Source: Candidatus Iainarchaeum sp.
Lineage (GTDB): Archaea; Iainarchaeota; Iainarchaeia; Iainarchaeales; DTGL01
DNA length: 64,000 nt
Direction of reading: 5' to 3'
Assembly (NCBI GenBank): GCA_026413945.1
Contig: JAOAJX010000002.1
Location: forward strand, 85,536-149,535
The notes below the pieces were generated by a model, which saw only the letters and a list, made by a program, of their open reading frames with translations, was not told where the DNA came from and ran no database searches. A program made the translations under genes and the position numbers. Below are positions 46,113 through 55,886 of this stretch, one piece after another. The stretch's first letter is position 1. Each line of letters starts with the position of its first letter.

Positions 46113-47864
46113 ATGTGCGGAATAGTTGGCGTAATATCTGAAGAGCAAAATGCAGGTATTTTAGCATATAAAGCCCTCAAAAAGCTTGATTACCGTGGGT
46201 ATGACAGCTGGGGTATTGCTATTTCAAACGGAAAAGGGATAAGCATATATAGGCAAGTAGGCAAAATAGGTGAGTTGCCAAAAAAAATGCATTGTGGCAA
46301 TTTAGCAGTAGCGCATACAAGATGGGCAACGCATGGCAAAGTATGCCAAAAAAACACCCACCCGCACGCATCACTGAATAAAAATATTTTTTTAGTGCAC
46401 AATGGCATCGTTGAGAACTTCCAAGAGTTAAAGTCCTTTCTAAAGAGTAGTGGTTTTTCGTTCAGAAGTGATACAGATACAGAAGTAATTCCAAATCTTA
46501 TAGAACTTTATATAAATAGAGGTAAAAGCCTAAGAGATGCGACAAGACTCGCACTAAAAAAAATCAAGGGGAGTTTTGCAGTAATTTTATTTGCAAAAGG
46601 TCACAATTATATGATTGCCGCCAAGCGTGACCTTCCATTAGTGATTGGCATCGCTGAAAGAAAAAAATTTGTTGCAAGTGATCTACTTGCTATTGCCAAA
46701 AAAGCACGAGGTTTTTTGTTCCTAAGCGACAACGAGATTGCCGAGATCGGTAATGAGGCAAAGTTCTTCGATATCGGAAGTGGAAGGCCAAAGTTTAAGA
46801 GGTTTGAACACCTTGCTGTTGATAATCTCGAAAGTTACAAAAATGGCAACAAACACTACATGATTAAAGAAATAAAGGAGTGTCCAATTGCAATGAAAAA
46901 TGCCTGTATTCAGCCAATAGAATTGCTAGATAATACTACAAAAGAGATCCGAAAAGCAAAAAAGATTTTTTTAATTGGCTGCGGCACAAGTTACCACGCG
47001 GCTCTTTTCGGTGCATGGTTATTTCGTAGCATAGCAAAAAAAGATGCTGTTGCAGTTTTAGCACCAGATCTTAAAAGCTATAGCAAACTCCTGGGAAAAG
47101 CTGCTTTGGTTGTGGCGCTGTCACAAAGTGGTGAGACTGCCGATGTAATCGACGCTGTGCGCCTTGCAAGAAGAAGTGGTGCGAAAATTTTATCCCTAAC
47201 TAATGTTTTTAACTCTACGCTTACAAGACATAGCCACATAAAAATGATGATGAACGCTGGCCCTGAGATTTGTGTTGCATCTACTAAAAACTATGCCGCA
47301 CAGATTTCACTGCTTTATCTTCTAGCCAATGCATGTATAAGCAGAAGAAACTATGCAAAAAAGGAAATTTTTATTGCTGCAAAACAAGCACAAGAAACAA
47401 TTAGAGAAAACAGCAGAATCGCGAGAGCTATTTCAAAGAAGCTAGCTAACTCCAAAAGCGCTTTTGTGATAGGCTCAGAAGAAAACGCTTTTGTGGCCTT
47501 TGAAGGCGCATTGAAGATTAAGGAGGTTAGCTATATACATGCTGAAGGTCTTCCGGCCAAGGAACTAAAGCATGGAACAATAGCGCTCGTAGAAAAAGGT
47601 CTGCCTGTTATCGTGATATGCACCAAAAGCGATGACTTTGCCTTGCACAGCGCACACGAGGTAAAATCTAGGGGTGCTTTTGTTATAGGCATATCTACAG
47701 AGAAAAACAATGTATTTGACTTTTTCATAAGAGTGCCAAGAGGCCCTCTTAGCAGCCTTCTAACAGCAATTCAATTGCAGCTTATAGCATATTATCTTGC
47801 AGTCGAGCGAAAAAATGATCCAGATAAGCCGAGAAACTTAGCTAAGTCTGTAACTGTTAGGTGA
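46113..47864 (+). CDS. glmS: Glutamine-fructose-6-phosphate aminotransferase
   Basis: MCGIVG, YRGYDS, HTRWATHG, VHNGIVEN, SQSGETAD, VASTK, ELKHG, PRNLAKSVTV. Confidence 0.97.
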   Translation: MCGIVGVISEEQNAGILAYKALKKLDYRGYDSWGIAISNGKGISIYRQVGKIGELPKKMHCGNLAVAHTRWATHGKVCQKNTHPHASLNKNIFLVHNGIVENFQELKSFLKSSGFSFRSDTDTEVIPNLIELYINRGKSLRDATRLALKKIKGSFAVILFAKGHNYMIAAKRDLPLVIGIAERKKFVASDLLAIAKKARGFLFLSDNEIAEIGNEAKFFDIGSGRPKFKRFEHLAVDNLESYKNGNKHYMIKEIKECPIAMKNACIQPIELLDNTTKEIRKAKKIFLIGCGTSYHAALFGAWLFRSIAKKDAVAVLAPDLKSYSKLLGKAALVVALSQSGETADVIDAVRLARRSGAKILSLTNVFNSTLTRHSHIKMMMNAGPEICVASTKNYAAQISLLYLLANACISRRNYAKKEIFIAAKQAQETIRENSRIARAISKKLANSKSAFVIGSEENAFVAFEGALKIKEVSYIHAEGLPAKELKHGTIALVEKGLPVIVICTKSDDFALHSAHEVKSRGAFVIGISTEKNNVFDFFIRVPRGPLSSLLTAIQLQLIAYYLAVERKNDPDKPRNLAKSVTVR

Positions 47865-47869
47865 TTGCT

Positions 47870-49216
47870 ATGGGAAAGCTTTTTGGAACTGATGGCATAA
47901 GGGGCATTGCAAATGAATTTCCTATGGAGCCAAATGCAATTGTTTCAATAGGAAAAGCCGTAGGTACTTATTTGAGTAAAAAATATATGAGGCCTAGCAT
48001 TGTAGTTGGCAAAGACACTCGCCTTAGCGGATACATGGTTGAGAATGCAATCACATCAGGCCTATTGTCATCAGGCTGTGACGTAATGCTTGTAGGCCCA
48101 ATGCCAACCCCTGCAATATCTCACCTTATAAAATCCTTGAATTGCGAGGCTGGAATAATGATAAGCGCCTCACACAATCCTGCAGAACATAATGGGATTA
48201 AAGTTTTTGATGAAAATGGCTTCAAGCTATCTGAAGAATTTGAGAAAAACATAGAGAAAATCTTCTTCTCTGAGAAGAGTCTCTTAAAAAATAAAAGAAA
48301 AGTGGCTATAGGCAAAGCCCAGAGGATTGATGATGCAAGAGGTCGCTATATAGAATTTGTGAAAAGCACCATTGAAAACTGTTCTCTCGAAGGACTTAGG
48401 GTTGTGGTTGACTGCGCAAATGGTGCAGCTTATGCGATCGCACCAAAAGTTTTTTCTGAGCTTGGGGCTGAAGTTAATGCAATAAATATATGCCCAGATG
48501 GCCTCAATATAAACGAAGGGTGCGGTGCACTACATCCTGAAAAAATGTGTGATATTGTAAAAAGAACAAAAGCTAATTTTGGTGTTGCATTCGATGGTGA
48601 TGCCGATAGGCTCATAGTTTGTGACGAAAAAGGTGTTGTTGCGGATGGTGATATATTATTGGGTTTGTTTGCAGAGAATATGCTAAAAAATGGATTTTGG
48701 AGGGAAAAAGCTGTAGTCGCGACAAAAATGAGCAATATGGGTCTTGAAATGTTTCTCGCTGAAAGGGGCATAAAGCTAATAAAAACAGATGTTGGCGACA
48801 GGAATGTTGCTGAAAAAATGCGCGAACAAGGTATCTTGCTTGGTGGGGAGAAATCTGGTCATTTGCTTTTCAGAAAATACAACGAAACGCCTGATGCAAT
48901 TGTTGCTGCGCTGCAGCTTGCAAAGCTTTTAAAAGAAGAACAAAAAAAGCTCAGCATTTTGAGGTCAAAAATCTTTCTTTTTCCACAAGTGATAATAAAT
49001 GTGCCAGTAAGGGAAAAGAGGCCTCTTCAAAAGACTCATGCGGTTATGAAAGAAATAAAAATTGCTAAAGAAATCCTTGGTTCTGAAGGCCGAGTTTTTG
49101 TAAGATATTCTGGAACTGAAAACTTAGCAAGAGTAATGGTTGAAGGCAAATCGGAAAAGGTAATTAAAAAAATCGCAAGAGGAATAGGATCAGCAATAAA
49201 GAGTGAGCTCGGATGA
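47870..49216 (+). CDS. glmM: Phosphoglucosamine mutase
   Basis: LFGTDGIRG, GKDTRLSG, ISASHNP, FDGDADR, GGEKSGH, RYSGTE..RVMVE. Confidence 0.95.
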   Translation: MGKLFGTDGIRGIANEFPMEPNAIVSIGKAVGTYLSKKYMRPSIVVGKDTRLSGYMVENAITSGLLSSGCDVMLVGPMPTPAISHLIKSLNCEAGIMISASHNPAEHNGIKVFDENGFKLSEEFEKNIEKIFFSEKSLLKNKRKVAIGKAQRIDDARGRYIEFVKSTIENCSLEGLRVVVDCANGAAYAIAPKVFSELGAEVNAINICPDGLNINEGCGALHPEKMCDIVKRTKANFGVAFDGDADRLIVCDEKGVVADGDILLGLFAENMLKNGFWREKAVVATKMSNMGLEMFLAERGIKLIKTDVGDRNVAEKMREQGILLGGEKSGHLLFRKYNETPDAIVAALQLAKLLKEEQKKLSILRSKIFLFPQVIINVPVREKRPLQKTHAVMKEIKIAKEILGSEGRVFVRYSGTENLARVMVEGKSEKVIKKIARGIGSAIKSELG

Positions 49217-49833
49217 GACCAAAAAAAATAGTTAGTGAAGCAGAGAAAATTATCGAAAAAAGCAGGCCAAATTTTTGGGAAGTTATAAATCTTCTTGACT
49301 ATTTGGATCTAAAAAAAACAACTGACAAGAATAATATTGAGAAAAATGTTGTTGTAAATGGAGTTTTATGTGCAGCCAAAGGAGCAATAATAAAATCAGG
49401 CACATATATTGAAGGTCTTGTTTATGTTGGCAAAAATAGTGTTATTGGCCCAAATGCATATTTAAGAGGTAATACAATAATAGATAAAGATTGCAAAATC
49501 TCAAACTCTGAGGTTAAAAATAGCATACTCCTAGAAGGAGCTAAAGTGCCACACTTTTCGTATATTGGTGATTCAATAATTGGCAAAAGTGTAAACATGG
49601 GTGCGGGTTCAAAAATAGCTAATTTGAGAATGGATGGCTCCACTGTTAAAGTTGACTTTTTTGGAGATAAAGTGGATTCTGGTAAACGAAAACTTGGGGC
49701 TTTAGTAAAAAACGGGGCAAGCATAGGCGTAAATGCAACTTTAAACTGCGGCGTAATAATAGGAAAAAATTGCATTATATATCCTGGCACATTTGTAAGG
49801 AAGAGCGCCAAAGATAATGAGAAAATCTTTTAG
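49213..49833 (+). CDS. Stand-alone GlmU-type left-handed beta-helix acetyltransferase domain
   Basis: IGPNAYLR, SEVKNS, HFSYIGDSIIG, GAGSKIANLR, KRKLGA; no nucleotidyltransferase domain. Confidence 0.88.
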   Translation: MRPKKIVSEAEKIIEKSRPNFWEVINLLDYLDLKKTTDKNNIEKNVVVNGVLCAAKGAIIKSGTYIEGLVYVGKNSVIGPNAYLRGNTIIDKDCKISNSEVKNSILLEGAKVPHFSYIGDSIIGKSVNMGAGSKIANLRMDGSTVKVDFFGDKVDSGKRKLGALVKNGASIGVNATLNCGVIIGKNCIIYPGTFVRKSAKDNEKIF

Positions 49834-49845
49834 AACTTTGAAATG

Positions 49846-52773
49846 TCATAATGGATTTACTACATGGCCGGCAACCGCATCAACGAAAAATCTTTTCTTA
49901 ATTTTTGTCTTTGAGTTTTCAGTTATGCATTCATAAACAGGCCAATATATTTCTTTAATTGCAGTTATAACCATGCGTTTCCATATTCTTTGCAAAAGGT
50001 CGCGAACTTCGTTTTTTGTATATTTTTCTTGTTCTTTCATAAGTACTTCCGAATTAACTAATGGCAAATCTTGAAGTGATTGGTGCAATGGATGCATTGG
50101 GCTTGGCGGCAAGTCGAAGTCTTTGCTAAGCCTATAAAGAATCATGCCTTCTTTGTTGAATATTTCCGCTAAACCAATATCACAAAGGCGCTTAAGTATT
50201 TTCTTCACACGATCCTCATCGAGGAAAGACCTTCTGCTTATGTGATATGCAGTTAGGGGCTCTGTGAGGAAATTAAGAACAAAGATTTCTTCTGCTGACA
50301 AAGAATAAAGTTCTTTTAGGCCTTTAGAATGGACAAAGCCCTTAATAAAGTGTATGAATTCACCATTCAAAGAATTTACAAAAAGTGTTCCTTGCCTAAA
50401 GTTCTGTTCCTTTGTAAAATAATTGAACTCAACCTTGTAAAGCGGGATGTGCTTAAGATTAATCTCTAGTAGCTTCTCGGTGCTACCAAACAAGAAAAAG
50501 CCGGAAAGCTTTTTCTTTATTTTTGTTTCAATTGATTCTCTTGAAACATTTGCAGGAAAACTCAAAAGCTCAATAACGCCTTGCTGCGACACAGGCTTTT
50601 GTATTGGTTGCTCTTTTTGAGGCATTTGTTCTTGAGTTTTCAAAACTTCTTGCTGCACGGAAGGGGCTTTTGTAACATCTTCTTCTCTTTTTAATGGCCT
50701 TTGAATCTTGTCTTCAAGTACAACAAGGCCTTCCTTTTCAAGTATTGTTGCACCTTTCTTTTCAAGCTCTGCTAAAATTGCCTTCTTATCGACGCTTGAG
50801 CTGTACTTTGCATTTAGAGAGTTCAGAGTCCTAAATATTTCAGCAAGCTTTGCTTGACCATCTCTTTTAAGGCGAGACCAATACATTGAGGTTATAAGGG
50901 TTAAAACCTGCTCATTGCTCAGTGAAACTTTAGTTTCAGCTGTTTCTATCTCACGGCCTTCGTGTTGGCTCATCCTGGGCCTTATGCGCATCACAAATCC
51001 GCGGCTTGTTTCCTCGCGCCTATCACATACAAGAGCTACACCAACAGGCAGAGTCCTTATGAAAGAACCAGTTTTATACCTATGTGGAATTATTGCTGGT
51101 GTTCTTTTATAAACTGCCTTTATATCATCGTTGAAAACAAGCTTATGCACAATTATTATGTCAAGCTGGCTAAGAACTCTTACATCTATTGCTGATGGTT
51201 GCTGTGTAGCAAAAACAAGCGAGCATCCTGGGCGCCTTCCTTGCTTTACATATTCTATCAATGCATCGCTAGCCGCTGTCTTAATATTCCCGCTTGGTAT
51301 TAGCGTATGCGCTTCATCTAATATAAGCCAAGTAGGGGGTATTTCAATCTCAAGCATTTCTTCACTTGATTCAAATCTTTTAGCAGCTTCTTTTCTTGTT
51401 GCAATTTTTCTTGCAGCGAGTGTGCGCCTTGCCAAGATTCCTATTACAAGTGCGGTAACATTATCATCCAAAAAGCTTGTGTCTATTATTGTCATTTGCC
51501 CTTCACGGCTAAGCTCTGACAAAGGCGTGCCCTGTACATCAAAAATTCCCCAAGATTTTGATGCTTCAAATCTGCTAACTAACGCACGTATGGAATCAAC
51601 CTTAAAACCCTTGTCTCTAGAACTCAAGTCAATATCGTTCTCAAGACAGAAGATTATGTCATCAATTGAATATTCTTTGGTGCCTTTTATGCGCTCTTTG
51701 TTTACAGTCATATAGCCCTTTGCAACTTTATCAAGTGCCTTTTCTAGCAATAAGCCGGTTGGGCTAAAGCGCTCAAGCCCAAATGTAAGGCACCAGTCTT
51801 GTGCTGTAAGCATTGATGGCTTTATTGAAAATGTGGCATCATATGTGCCAGCAGGTGTTTGCTTTTCCATCCCTTTTGGTATAAAAACGACGATGTTCTC
51901 AAGACCTCTTGGTTCAAGCCCCCAGCCTTTCAAAGAAGCGAGCTCTCTTTCTTCACGATTAGCATATCGCATGCTCCAGAATACACCAACGGGATCTACA
52001 ACAATAATGCCTACATTCTTATTCTTTAATGCGAGCTCTTCAGCTATAACCCCCAAAACATAGCTTTTGCCACTGCCTCTTGCACCACATACAAAAACAA
52101 CATGCGGTCCCAAGCTGTCCATCAGGATGTTCTTTTCAGGATAATTTTCTTCTGAAACCCTGCCTATAAAAAGTGCGGCTTCAGAGCCATATTTTTCAAA
52201 TGTTGACTTGCTTCTGCCAATAAAGGCGTTTCCATCAGCATCCTCTAAAAAACTAAGTTTTGGAAGTATTTCAAGAGTTGGCTCGGAAACAAATATTTTA
52301 CCCTCAGGAGCAGTTTCGTCAACAAAATCCTTTAAATCATCTTCGCTAGTTTCTTGCTGCTTATCGGCTGCTTCACCACCAAGTGCTTCTTTGCCACTTT
52401 CTGTTTGTTCAGACGGAAGTGTTGCCTCTGCTTTTGTTTCTTTTTTATCACTGAGCTTTCTCTTCTTTGTGCTTTGCTTACTCTTTTTATGTACCTCAAT
52501 TAATTCTTCTGCAGTTTCTTGAGATGTGCTTTCCTTCTGTGCTCTGACTTGCGGAGAAGCTTTTTCTTCATCTTCAGTAGAGCTTCCTTTTGCTTCCTTG
52601 TTCTGCGGCTCCTTTGCATATATGCTTTTTTGCATCTTTTCTGATTCTTTTTTGGCTGCCTCGTTCAGCTTCTTTCTTGCTTCTTTTAGCTCATCATCAA
52701 GGCCAAAGACATCTTCAAATAAGTCTTCTTCTTTAGAATCTTTTTCAACTTCAACCCTTTTTTCGTCAGCCAT
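49846..52773 (-). CDS. DUF87/HerA-FtsK superfamily ATPase with acidic N-terminus and extra C-terminal domains
   Basis: PHVVFVCGARGSGKSY (Walker A), VVDPVG, WLILDEAH (Walker B), KQGR, ATQQP. Confidence 0.88.
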   Translation of the reverse strand: MADEKRVEVEKDSKEEDLFEDVFGLDDELKEARKKLNEAAKKESEKMQKSIYAKEPQNKEAKGSSTEDEEKASPQVRAQKESTSQETAEELIEVHKKSKQSTKKRKLSDKKETKAEATLPSEQTESGKEALGGEAADKQQETSEDDLKDFVDETAPEGKIFVSEPTLEILPKLSFLEDADGNAFIGRSKSTFEKYGSEAALFIGRVSEENYPEKNILMDSLGPHVVFVCGARGSGKSYVLGVIAEELALKNKNVGIIVVDPVGVFWSMRYANREERELASLKGWGLEPRGLENIVVFIPKGMEKQTPAGTYDATFSIKPSMLTAQDWCLTFGLERFSPTGLLLEKALDKVAKGYMTVNKERIKGTKEYSIDDIIFCLENDIDLSSRDKGFKVDSIRALVSRFEASKSWGIFDVQGTPLSELSREGQMTIIDTSFLDDNVTALVIGILARRTLAARKIATRKEAAKRFESSEEMLEIEIPPTWLILDEAHTLIPSGNIKTAASDALIEYVKQGRRPGCSLVFATQQPSAIDVRVLSQLDIIIVHKLVFNDDIKAVYKRTPAIIPHRYKTGSFIRTLPVGVALVCDRREETSRGFVMRIRPRMSQHEGREIETAETKVSLSNEQVLTLITSMYWSRLKRDGQAKLAEIFRTLNSLNAKYSSSVDKKAILAELEKKGATILEKEGLVVLEDKIQRPLKREEDVTKAPSVQQEVLKTQEQMPQKEQPIQKPVSQQGVIELLSFPANVSRESIETKIKKKLSGFFLFGSTEKLLEINLKHIPLYKVEFNYFTKEQNFRQGTLFVNSLNGEFIHFIKGFVHSKGLKELYSLSAEEIFVLNFLTEPLTAYHISRRSFLDEDRVKKILKRLCDIGLAEIFNKEGMILYRLSKDFDLPPSPMHPLHQSLQDLPLVNSEVLMKEQEKYTKNEVRDLLQRIWKRMVITAIKEIYWPVYECITENSKTKIKKRFFVDAVAGHVVNPL

Positions 52774-52901
52774 TTATCTCACGGCAAAAAAATTAACTTA
52801 TTTACCATATATTAGAGTTTTCCATATATTAAATATTTACTTTTAATTTAGCATTTAATTTAGTAGGCACCTTTGGCCTTTAAAAAGCATTAATACGTTG
52901 C

Positions 52902-53492
52902 TCAACCACAAGTAATCTCTTCTTTTGCAACCAAGCCATCTTTGTTCTTGTCAAAAAGCCTAGTGTACCAATGCTTGCTTTTGTCAGCTAGAGCAGAGTA
53001 GCAATTGCCTGGCTTAATAAAGTTTGACAGCTCAGAATTTTTGGCTTCTGCGCTCAAGCCTTGGCTTTGCCAAAAATTACATAGGGCTTCAGTGCATCTT
53101 GCCATTGTAAGTGGGCTACCACCGATATTGCACTCTATCAGCTGTGAGCAGTAAATTGTATCCTCACATATGCCAGTACCTATAAGAAAACCCTCGTCAT
53201 AGCCGCTTATCACGCAATCTTTGGTTAGATCAAGGCCTTTATTGTCGCCACCAATGGTTTCCTTACAAAAGTCAGCGATGGTTTTCATGCTTGGCGAGGC
53301 CCTAGCTGTATTGCACAATGTCATGCATTTTGTTTCTGCTACTCTCTTAGCTTCGAGCAGCTTCTCTTCGCAGTTTTTGAGAGGCGGATTAACGTATTGG
53401 GTTACAAGTTGTATGACGAGAAGCGCTACTACAAGGGCAACAAACAGGATTATGAAGGTATTTATTGCAATTTCCATGCCTTTTTGGTCCAC
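52902..53492 (-). CDS. Class III signal peptide (type IV pilin-like) Cys-rich protein
   Basis: MDQKG|MEIAINTFIILFVALVVALLVI; 12 Cys in the ectodomain. Confidence 0.78.
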   Translation of the reverse strand: MDQKGMEIAINTFIILFVALVVALLVIQLVTQYVNPPLKNCEEKLLEAKRVAETKCMTLCNTARASPSMKTIADFCKETIGGDNKGLDLTKDCVISGYDEGFLIGTGICEDTIYCSQLIECNIGGSPLTMARCTEALCNFWQSQGLSAEAKNSELSNFIKPGNCYSALADKSKHWYTRLFDKNKDGLVAKEEITCG

Positions 53493-53610
53493 AAAACCAC
53501 CATAGGTATAAATGCTGAACTCTTTTATAAGATTTTCCTTTAAGCGCCTAATTTTAAAAACGAGGCATCACATTTAAAACATTTAAACAAGGAATATTTT
53601 TGCAGTATGG

Positions 53611-53682
53611 GGGCTGGTAGCTCAATGGCAGAGCGCTTCCCTCGCACGGAAGAGGCTCCGGGTTCAAGTCCCGGCCAGTCCA
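53611..53682 (+). tRNA. tRNA-Ala(CGC)
   Basis: Acceptor stem GGGCTGG/CCAGTCC with G3:U70; anticodon arm CTTCC-CTCGCAC-GGAAG; TTCAAG T-loop; no CCA encoded. Confidence 0.96.
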
Positions 53683-53683
53683 T

Positions 53684-54118
53684 ATGCATGAATATTCGCT
53701 TGCACAAGCTGTTTTGAACAGTGTTGAGGAATTCATTAGTAGAAACAAAGCAAAGGGCAAAGTTATTGTTAAAATTTCATTTGGTGAGCTTCAGCACCTG
53801 GGTGCTGAACAGTTTAAAGACATTCTTCAGAAAGCAGCAAGGGAGAGAAGAATTAAAGCTGAGTTCTTTGTTGAAAACGAGCTTGCATCATTTAGATGTT
53901 TTTCTTGCCATAACGAATGGGAAAATGAGAAAAAGCAGTATATTGTAAAAAGTCACTCTCATGAAGAAGACAGTTTATGCCATGAACATGAGCACCACGA
54001 ATTAGTTGAAGATGTAAGATGCCCAAGGTGTGGAAGCGATGATATTGAAATAATAAAAGGAATAGATGTTAAAATAAAGGAGATAATCATTGATACAAAA
54101 AAAGCAAGGAGTGAATAA
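53684..54118 (+). CDS. hypA: Nickel metallochaperone HypA with His-rich insert
   Basis: MHEYSLA, GELQ, CFSC...CPRCGS, IIKG. Confidence 0.92.
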   Translation: MHEYSLAQAVLNSVEEFISRNKAKGKVIVKISFGELQHLGAEQFKDILQKAARERRIKAEFFVENELASFRCFSCHNEWENEKKQYIVKSHSHEEDSLCHEHEHHELVEDVRCPRCGSDDIEIIKGIDVKIKEIIIDTKKARSE

Positions 54119-55838
54119 TTTGATAGAAAATCTAAAGCATAGGTTAAAAGATAGGGAAAAAACGATTGCATTTGCAATCTTGGCTGTATTTTTCCTAATC
54201 AGCACAACGTCAATACTCAATAAGTACCTCACAATGGATGAATCAGTGTATATAGTTGCTGGATATTCTTATCTAAAGACTTCAGACTTCAGAATCAATT
54301 GGGAACATCCGGTTTTCATGAAAGCGCTATATGGCTTACCATTGCTTTTTTTGAATCCGAAGCTTCCTACGGAATACAACCAAAATTGGGAAAGATGCGC
54401 AAATAATGATGTACCAGCAAGCTATGGCTTCGCTTCTGATTTCTATATTCAAAACAAAGATATGCTGCGCAGCATAATATTTTGGCCTCGCATAGTGGCA
54501 ATAATCGTAGCAACTATGCTTGGAGCAACTGTCTTCCTCTGGGCCAGAGATGCATTTGGGCCCAGAGCAGGAATTTTTGCTTTGATCTTGTATTGTTTTG
54601 AGCCAAACATAATTGCCCATGGAAGCATTGCAACTCTTGATATTCCCATGACATTCTTTTTGTTTTCAAGTTTTTACACGATGTGGAAATTCATAAAAAG
54701 TGGCAAAAAGAGATTTATTATGCTTTCAGGGCTCTGTATAGCGCTTGCAATAATGACAAAGTATACAGCACTTATGTTTGTACCCTTGCTATTTTTTTTC
54801 TCACTTTTTTATTTTGGAGAAGTTAGAGGCAAAGCGAAACAAAAAAGGCCTGAGATTAAAAAAAGACAAACTATTTTTTTTGTATTGCTGACATACGGGA
54901 CAATACTCTTATGCCTTATATTGCCAACTTTGGTCATAACAAATATTATTTATTCTTTTGACACCTACAAGGAAAAATACTTTTATGTTTTGCCAGCCAG
55001 GGTTTTTGAAGGCTATAAATTTATGAGCGACTGGGTTCAAGGTGGCCGCGAAGGTTGGTTCTTCGGACAATTTAGGCAATACATCCCAGAATATTACCTT
55101 GGCTCCTTCTTGATAAAAACTACCTTACCATTTTTGCTATTCTCAACTTTTTCAGTTATTTTGTTTTCATTTTCAATTTTAAAATATTTGCTCAAGAAGA
55201 CTGCTATTAGTAAAGAAGAAGTGAGGCTTAAAAAGGCTGAGATCATTAATCTAGCAGCGGTTGCCTTTCCAGGATTAATTTTTTTTATGGCGCTTTCAAT
55301 ATTTGGAAGATTTTATATTGGCTTCAGGTATGCGCTGCCTGCTTTTCCTTTCCTAATTGTGTTTGTCTCGGGAAACATTTCACCACATATAAAAAACCCG
55401 CTGAAAGAAAAGAGAAAAATAATCTCTATTGCAATAATGACTGTGCTTTGCTGGCACATAGTTTCTGCTGTGTTTATATACCCACATTACCTTGCGTATT
55501 TCAACGAACTTATTGGCGGACCTGCTAATGGCCCAAAATACCTAACTGACTCTAGCATTGATTGGGGACAGGATTTTTTCTATTTTATGGATTTTGCAAA
55601 AAAGCGCAATTGGGATAATCCACACCTAATATATTTTGGCTGGCCATATCCTACATTCTTAATGAAGTTTTATTGGGAAGATATATGTGAGTGGCGCGAA
55701 GATAAATTTGCAATAAGTGTGAGCGCAATAACTGGTGTCGTTCCAGACTGGAACTGCCATAGATGGCTCCTTAATTATGAACCAAAAGAAAGGATTGGAT
55801 GGACTATATACTATTATGAATTTGATAGGCAGAAATAA
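54111..55838 (+). CDS. GT-C fold glycosyltransferase (ArnT/PMT-like)
   Basis: TMDE, EHPVFMK, PNIIAHG..ATLD, TKY, RYALP, YFNELIGG, DSSIDWGQD; multi-TM. Confidence 0.9.
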   Translation: MNNLIENLKHRLKDREKTIAFAILAVFFLISTTSILNKYLTMDESVYIVAGYSYLKTSDFRINWEHPVFMKALYGLPLLFLNPKLPTEYNQNWERCANNDVPASYGFASDFYIQNKDMLRSIIFWPRIVAIIVATMLGATVFLWARDAFGPRAGIFALILYCFEPNIIAHGSIATLDIPMTFFLFSSFYTMWKFIKSGKKRFIMLSGLCIALAIMTKYTALMFVPLLFFFSLFYFGEVRGKAKQKRPEIKKRQTIFFVLLTYGTILLCLILPTLVITNIIYSFDTYKEKYFYVLPARVFEGYKFMSDWVQGGREGWFFGQFRQYIPEYYLGSFLIKTTLPFLLFSTFSVILFSFSILKYLLKKTAISKEEVRLKKAEIINLAAVAFPGLIFFMALSIFGRFYIGFRYALPAFPFLIVFVSGNISPHIKNPLKEKRKIISIAIMTVLCWHIVSAVFIYPHYLAYFNELIGGPANGPKYLTDSSIDWGQDFFYFMDFAKKRNWDNPHLIYFGWPYPTFLMKFYWEDICEWREDKFAISVSAITGVVPDWNCHRWLLNYEPKERIGWTIYYYEFDRQK

Positions 55839-55886
55839 TGCAAAATTAAGCAAATCTTTATAAGCTCAAATTATTTATAATCCTCT

